DNA of 64,000 nucleotides from Squalus acanthias (lineage: Eukaryota). A model generated the notes under the pieces. The model worked only from the letters and a program-made list of their open reading frames with translations. It did not search any database and had not been told where the DNA came from. The position numbers and the translations under genes were made by a program. The first letter of the stretch is position 1. The number at the start of each line of letters is the position of its first letter. This document shows, piece after piece, positions 62,807 through 64,000 of the stretch. The DNA lies in NCBI GenBank assembly GCA_030390025.1, contig CM059431.1:129272001-129336000 (forward strand), in the 5' to 3' direction.

Positions 62807-64000
62807 TGTAAAGTTTCGCAATTATCGCGATTCAAAATAATAAGAGAGAAGCAGATTCGTTTGATCAGTTTTATTAAACGAAATGCTGTCCTGATAATAA
62901 AGGACACAGAAGCCTGTAAAATGGCCGCCGAGCATCGTGGCAGAAGCTTCCAGAAACACAGTGGGCAGACAAGATGGCGTCGAATATACATTTAGTATAA
63001 GATTGGATCATACTCGGTAAACACTGATAAAGACAGGATGCAACCCGTTTGCATTTGGAACAATAGCAAAGATATAAGTGCTGGAATCGTTTTCCTATGC
63101 ACAGAAAGGATCATTGTACTGGGCAACCGAAGGCCCATCCAGACACATCAATACACAAATAACCCCCCGGCTCTACAATGAGAGAGACATTGACGGGTGA
63201 TTAAGCAAGTATTGGGGGGGCCCCAAAACCAGTCAGGGAGACGATTCATACACATCCTGGCTGGTCCAACAATGGGGAAAACATTAACGGATAGTTGGCC
63301 AGTCTCAGGTGCTACCGAAACCCGTTAAGGAAGATAAACGCCCCATGCTGGGAGTTTTGAGCGCCAATATTACACAAAGCACAAACATTAAGATTTGAGC
63401 GGGCGATAAGCGGACACATCACTATAATTATAGAGAACAAATGTCCATCGGTCTCTTATTCTCTTATCTCTCGGCGGACCCTTGCTGAAGCTCTTCCTTA
63501 GGGCTGGACTTTGTGTTTCTCTGGACTTTGTTGACTCTTGACTCTTAGCCGTACTGGTCGGTTATGCGAGTGTTGGGTGGAGCTCAATCGGAACGAGCCA
63601 CCCCGACAAGGGCAAGTAACAGGGTACACCATCCCGAGTGTCGGTAAACGGTGTCTGGACCCGGAGGCCCGAAGAGACGAGACGAGACGAGAAGAAGAGG
63701 AGAAGAATCCACGTGCCGCCACGGTCAGTAAACCCCGACCGCGCCCTAAAATATAAATAAAGAACTTTTCTTTGAGTTCTACCGACAACCTGTATCGAGC
63801 ACAGGAAGACTCTTCTTTGAACTGTGTCTGAGGTCCGTCGAGTTCTTCATGACAACAGGGAGTCTGGCCTGCTTTTCGCAGCAGCGAAAGTAAACAAGTG
63901 GGGTGCAGAGACCCTTCCAAACACGTGACAGTCAGGCGCTGCAGCGAAACGAGCCGAGTGCCTCACTTTAAAAATCTCCGAAGTAACACGAGTGGTGAGC
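62807..64000 (+). mobile_element. LTR related to 48473-50147, opposite orientation, runs off the window
   Basis: Starts TGTAAAGTTTCGCAATTATCGCGATT, matching the reverse complement of the 50147 end; shared blocks AAAATGGCCGCC, CAAGATGGCG, CCACGGTCAGTAA, GAGTGGTGAGC. Confidence 0.82.

Overview
Eukaryotic, transposon-dominated window with no confidently identifiable host gene. An HE1/V-SINE-like SINE and HER1-like CR1 LINEs suggest a cartilaginous fish (inference). Most of it is a nested mosaic of four classes. (1) Many CR1-clade LINE pieces (esterase ORF1, APE-RT ORF2, octamer-repeat tails), plus RTE, L2-like and other LINE fragments. (2) At least three PIF/Harbinger elements with convergent DDE-transposase and Myb/SANT genes, plus internally deleted derivatives and MITEs with 12-18 bp TIRs and variable 3-bp TSDs. 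(3) tRNA-derived SINEs. (4) Two related long LTRs, one a complete 1675-bp TG...CA solo LTR with a 4-bp TSD. Best leads: a ~700-770 bp MITE family carrying promoter motifs, hairpins and splice donors; non-TWA Harbinger target sites; family-specific subterminal motifs; a non-autonomous family joining the transposase termini while keeping Myb exon 1; reciprocal LINE/Harbinger nesting; and the long solo LTR. All calls are by eye. No database search or alignment was run, so novelty is untested.
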